Positions 60,070 through 64,000 of a stretch of 64,000 bases of DNA are shown here, one piece after another. The position numbers and the translations under genes are program-made. The DNA is from Eledone cirrhosa (Eukaryota): positions 295,368,001-295,432,000 of the forward strand of contig OZ024741.1 in assembly GCA_964016885.1 (NCBI GenBank), given 5' to 3'. The notes beneath the pieces were generated by a model. It saw only the letters and a list, made by a program, of their open reading frames with translations, did not search any database and had not been told where the DNA came from. Positions within the stretch are counted from its first letter, which is position 1. Every line of letters starts with the position of its first letter.

Positions 60070-60920
60070 TCAGTCCTAGGATTCGCTGACCAGTATAAAC
60101 ATATACTCATCCTCACATGCTCCAGGGAGAATGCAAGCAGGATTTTCAAAATTTTCAGCATAGAATATCCCGCCGACTTCAGACTGGATATCTCTGAAAG
60201 TGGTAAATCCATGCCAAATTCTACTGCAAAGGGGCCAGCAGGGACCTGTTTGTCCACTAAAAGTTTGCCCTCCCCAACAGCTAAAAGTGGGTTCAACTTT
60301 AACAAAATGGCTCTCATATGCATCTGATGTGGCAGCGTTACAAATAGAGCCATCCATATCAGACGGTTCCATCCAAAAATGAAACCCCATACCTAGAGAC
60401 AGGACCAATACAAACAATAGTTGCTTCCTCAAGATCCCACGCCTCAGCGAAGAAACCACCAACACCATATGCAAAACCATCACGTGAGAGGGCCTAAATA
60501 TCAGACTAGCTCACTTGGGACCTTCTCTGCGGAGATGCCTATCTACAAGACAACCCCCCCACCCCCACCCCCACCCCAGTGAAGATAACGGATGCATCCT
60601 AGCCAACTAATTGCCCTATCTGCAACACTAATTGTTGCCTATGTGGCTATGTGGCATACAAGTTAGAATGTGACAAGTGCAACCAATTCTACATAGGCAC
60701 CACTATTTGACAATTACATTTCCGAATTAAAGAACACATTAACACCAACTTCTCTTCCTTCCACAAACATATCATCAAATGTGGAAACCGGGACAATAAA
60801 ATAACCACCACCATCTTGGCTACCGAATGCAGCATAGGCACACTTAGAATCAAGGAGCCCCTCTTGATCAAGTGACTAGAGCCTGCCATCAATAATAGAA
60901 TGGAAAGTAGTGTGCCAGAA
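60070..60920 (+). mobile_element. Penelope-like GIY-YIG fragment (third family)
   Basis: VAYKLECDKCNQFYIGTTI*QLHFRIKEHINT...LRIKEPLLIK*LEPAINNR. Confidence 0.8.
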
Positions 60921-61809
60921 TCGCTAATTTCACTTATCCAAACTAATTACCCCATTGTTCCAACATCCCAGCTGCCCACTCTAATGAACGTCCGATCTTT
61001 GGCCTGAGTCGACACAACTAATGCTAACAATATGACAATCCCTTAATAGCTGCGAATAGCCATCCAGTTTGCCATAGCCAATGCTAGCAGCAGGCACATT
61101 CCTTACTAAATTCAAGTGATCATCTAGCAGACAAATAAACAAGGAAATGTTACAGAACGACTACACACAACACTCACCTTTTACTCCCTTGCCCTGAAAT
61201 CAGCGTTCCTCACTACACATACACACACCCATGCCCACATGCACATATATCATACACATACATTAAACTCTAACATTTTTTTTTTTTGCCTTTTTCATTC
61301 ATTCAAATTAAATCTGCATTCCTCACTACGTATACACATTTGCACTCACGCACGTACATATATCATACACATATTCACATACGTTTTTCCCTACACCCAT
61401 GCGCAAAACATTAAACTTTAACGTTTTTTTCATTCATTCAAATTAAATCAACCAGCTCCCATTGGCTTCCCTTGATAAATCTGAAAGTATTTGGGATCAT
61501 TAAAATTCTAACATTCTGACTTTTCTCAGTTCTTTTATCCTATTTTCTCTAATTCCTATTACCTTGGCACTTATAATTCAATCCCACATGCATTGTTGGG
61601 CTTCCAAATAATTAAACTTATTTCCTAGTTAAATTGTATAAATATATTTCCTAGTTAAACTTATTTCCTAGTTGTCATATATATATATATGACAAAAGCG
61701 CCCAATCCACACTGTAATGTGGTCGTGTAGGAGTCACAACAAAAAGCACCCAGCACACTGAAAATGTGGTTGGCATTAGAAAGGGCATCCAGATGTAGAA
61801 ACCATTTAC

Positions 61810-62235
61810 ATGTAGAATGCACTGCACAGGTTTTCTTGAGAGGACGAGCGTCTCAGTTTTCATTCCAGCCATGCAGCACTTGGCATCAAATGCAAGTCGA
61901 AGATTAGCTTCCATTGAGTTAAGTTACACCATGTCATCTGCAAATTCCAGCTGAATGATTTTATACCCACTAGCCATGATACCATTTCCAACCTGTGTGC
62001 ACATGTCAATCCTGTTCATGTAAATAGGAGAGGTGACAGTATGCACCCTTGGTGGAATGCGACTCGTACATTGAAGGCTTTCGACTTAGCATCATTTATC
62101 CAAACACAAGTGCTTGGGCATTCATATGGAAACATCGGGGTGGCAAGGAACTGACCATCGATCCCCTACTCTTGCAGAACCTTCCACAGCAGGTCCTTAG
62201 GAACCTGGTCATATACCTTTTCATGGTCCCATAAG
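61810..62235 (-). mobile_element. RTE-like RT fragment
   Basis: DHEKVYDQVPKDLLWKVLQE, QGCILSPLLF and LEFADDMV motifs on the minus strand. Confidence 0.8.
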
Positions 62236-62318
62236 GGAGTAATTAACAAATTTACTGAGGACATATATATACACACATATATATATATATATATTAGTAT
62301 TGATGCTCTGAAATAGCG

Positions 62319-62750
62319 ATATATACATGAATGTATGTATAGTATATTTAGCAATATACTGTATGTTTAAAAACATTTTGAAGACCATTCGACATGAGTT
62401 TTAAAGTAGTAACTATGTCACTTACTTATTTTCGTCAAAAACTAAGAGAGAGTGATCGACAATCTGTTTCTCGCTGGTTAGCGTTTATCAAGACCACACA
62501 CTCCCCTGTCTTTGCCGAAAATTATAGAAGCTGGATTCTTATAGAATTCCAGTAATATTTAAGAGCTGATTAAACAGAGCAATTGCCAGCGCATCAAAAA
62601 TTAGGTATTAGTATTGGTGCTGCTTTTTGCCGAAAATAAGTTAGTAATATAGTCACTAATTTAAAACTCATAGTGAATGGTTTTCAAAATGTTTTTAATA
62701 AACATACAGTATATTAGCAAATATACTATATATACATTCATATATATATA
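62319..62750. repeat. Fold-back element (~125-bp arms) with a degenerate hammerhead in the loop
   Basis: 62319-62441 versus 62624-62750; minus strand 62497-62452 reads GUGGUC-UUGAUAA-ACGCU AACC AGCGA-GAAA-CAGAUUG-UC-GAUCAC. Confidence 0.85.
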
Positions 62751-62916
62751 TGAGGGAGTCCAACCATTACTCAATGAAGGAATTAATAAGAATCAATGAG
62801 TCATAATCCACTTACCACCACCCTTCTATTAACGGCATATATGTATATATTTATATGCATATATATATATACATATATACATGTATATACATACATATAT
62901 ACAATATATATATACA

Positions 62917-64000
62917 TCATCATCATCATCATCAATTAATGGCTATCTTCCACGCTAACATGGGTTAGATGGGTTTGTCCCATTTAGAGGCAAGCTGAGT
63001 CAGGTGACCATGTCTCGCTCATATAGGTGTGTTTCTGACTGGTTTTTTATGGCTGAATGCCCTTCCTAACACCAACCATATTGACAATGTGTGCTGGGTG
63101 CTTTTTGTCGTGCCTTTTACATGACCACTTTACAGTGTGGGTTGGGTGCATTTTGTTGTGTCACCTACACAACCACTTTACAGAGTGATCTGGATATTTT
63201 GTGGTACCGGCATAATATCATCATCATCATCATCATCACCGTTTTACGTCCGTTCTTCCACGCTAGCATGGGTTAGACGGGTTGTCCTGTTGTGTGCAGT
63301 GTCTGGTCGGCTGACCATGTCTTGCTCATACAGGAACTGATCTGGCTTGATTTCTACAGCTGGATGCCCTTCCTAACACCAACCTCATTTACAGTGAGTG
63401 CTGGGTGCTTTTTCGTGGCGCCTACACGTCCACTTTACAGTGTGGGCTGGGTGCTTTTTTGCCGTGGCACCTCCACGACCACCTTGCGGTGGGGGGTGTG
63501 GGGGCATATTGTTTATATGCTTCAGCATGTACCCATGGGAGGTCAGGTACTCTGTATTACTGCGTGACGCCAGAAGTCACGGTCGTGTGTCATTGTCTTT
63601 GAGAGGTGTAATTGGGTAAGGTCGGCTTTTATCACCTCATTCCAGGTCATCTTGGGTCTCCCCACTCCGCGGTTTCCATCAACTACTAGTGCTCTGCACC
63701 TTTTTATGCAGCTGTCATCCTTCATACGCATCACATGTCCATACCAGCGCAACCGCCTCTCCTGCACACAGCATTTGATTCCTCTTATGCTCAGTCTCTC
63801 TCTCAATTCATTTATGCTTTGTTGTTCACGTATATTACTGTTACACATCCATCGGAGCATTCAGGCTTCGTTTCTCTCTAATCTACGTAAGTCTTCCACC
63901 TTCAGCGCCCAGGTCTCACTACCATGCAACATCGCTGTTCGGATACACGCATCATACAGTCTGCCTTTCATTCTGAGGGAGAAGCCTTTTGCAGCTAGCA
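62917..64000 (-). mobile_element. RTE-clade LINE 3' end (runs off the window) with two tandem 3' UTR/tail segments
   Basis: KGRLYDACIRTAMLHGSETWALKVEDLRRLERNEA*MLRWMC...RRLRWYGHVMRM...GRPKMTWNEVIKADL; (GAT)n tails at about 63218-63240 and 62917-62933. Confidence 0.9.

Overview
Eukaryotic, very AT-rich, microsatellite- and retroelement-rich DNA; the repeat landscape suggests an octopod cephalopod (inference, not shown). The only host gene I can support is the 3' part of a + strand KChIP/KCNIP-type neuronal calcium sensor, with GT-AG exons at 23985-24054, 26069-26139, 31892-32104 and 34332-34394. These are followed by two alternative last coding exons (36883-36936 DPVVVQSLAVLDTEIMI*; 40238-40285 DENITKGMAIFDTVL*) that would swap the C-terminal helix. 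I did not find the upstream exons in the window. Introns and flanks hold Penelope-like elements (one with ~1 kb inverted arms), minimal hammerhead ribozyme motifs (three near-intact copies, all on the + strand), fold-back hairpins, a small Helitron-like element containing an exact 147-bp copy of nearby DNA, RTE and CRE LINE fragments, tRNA-derived SINEs, MITEs, minisatellites and very long (TA)n-derived arrays. Most ORFs in the supplied track are microsatellite artefacts. Repeat boundaries and identities are by-eye estimates.
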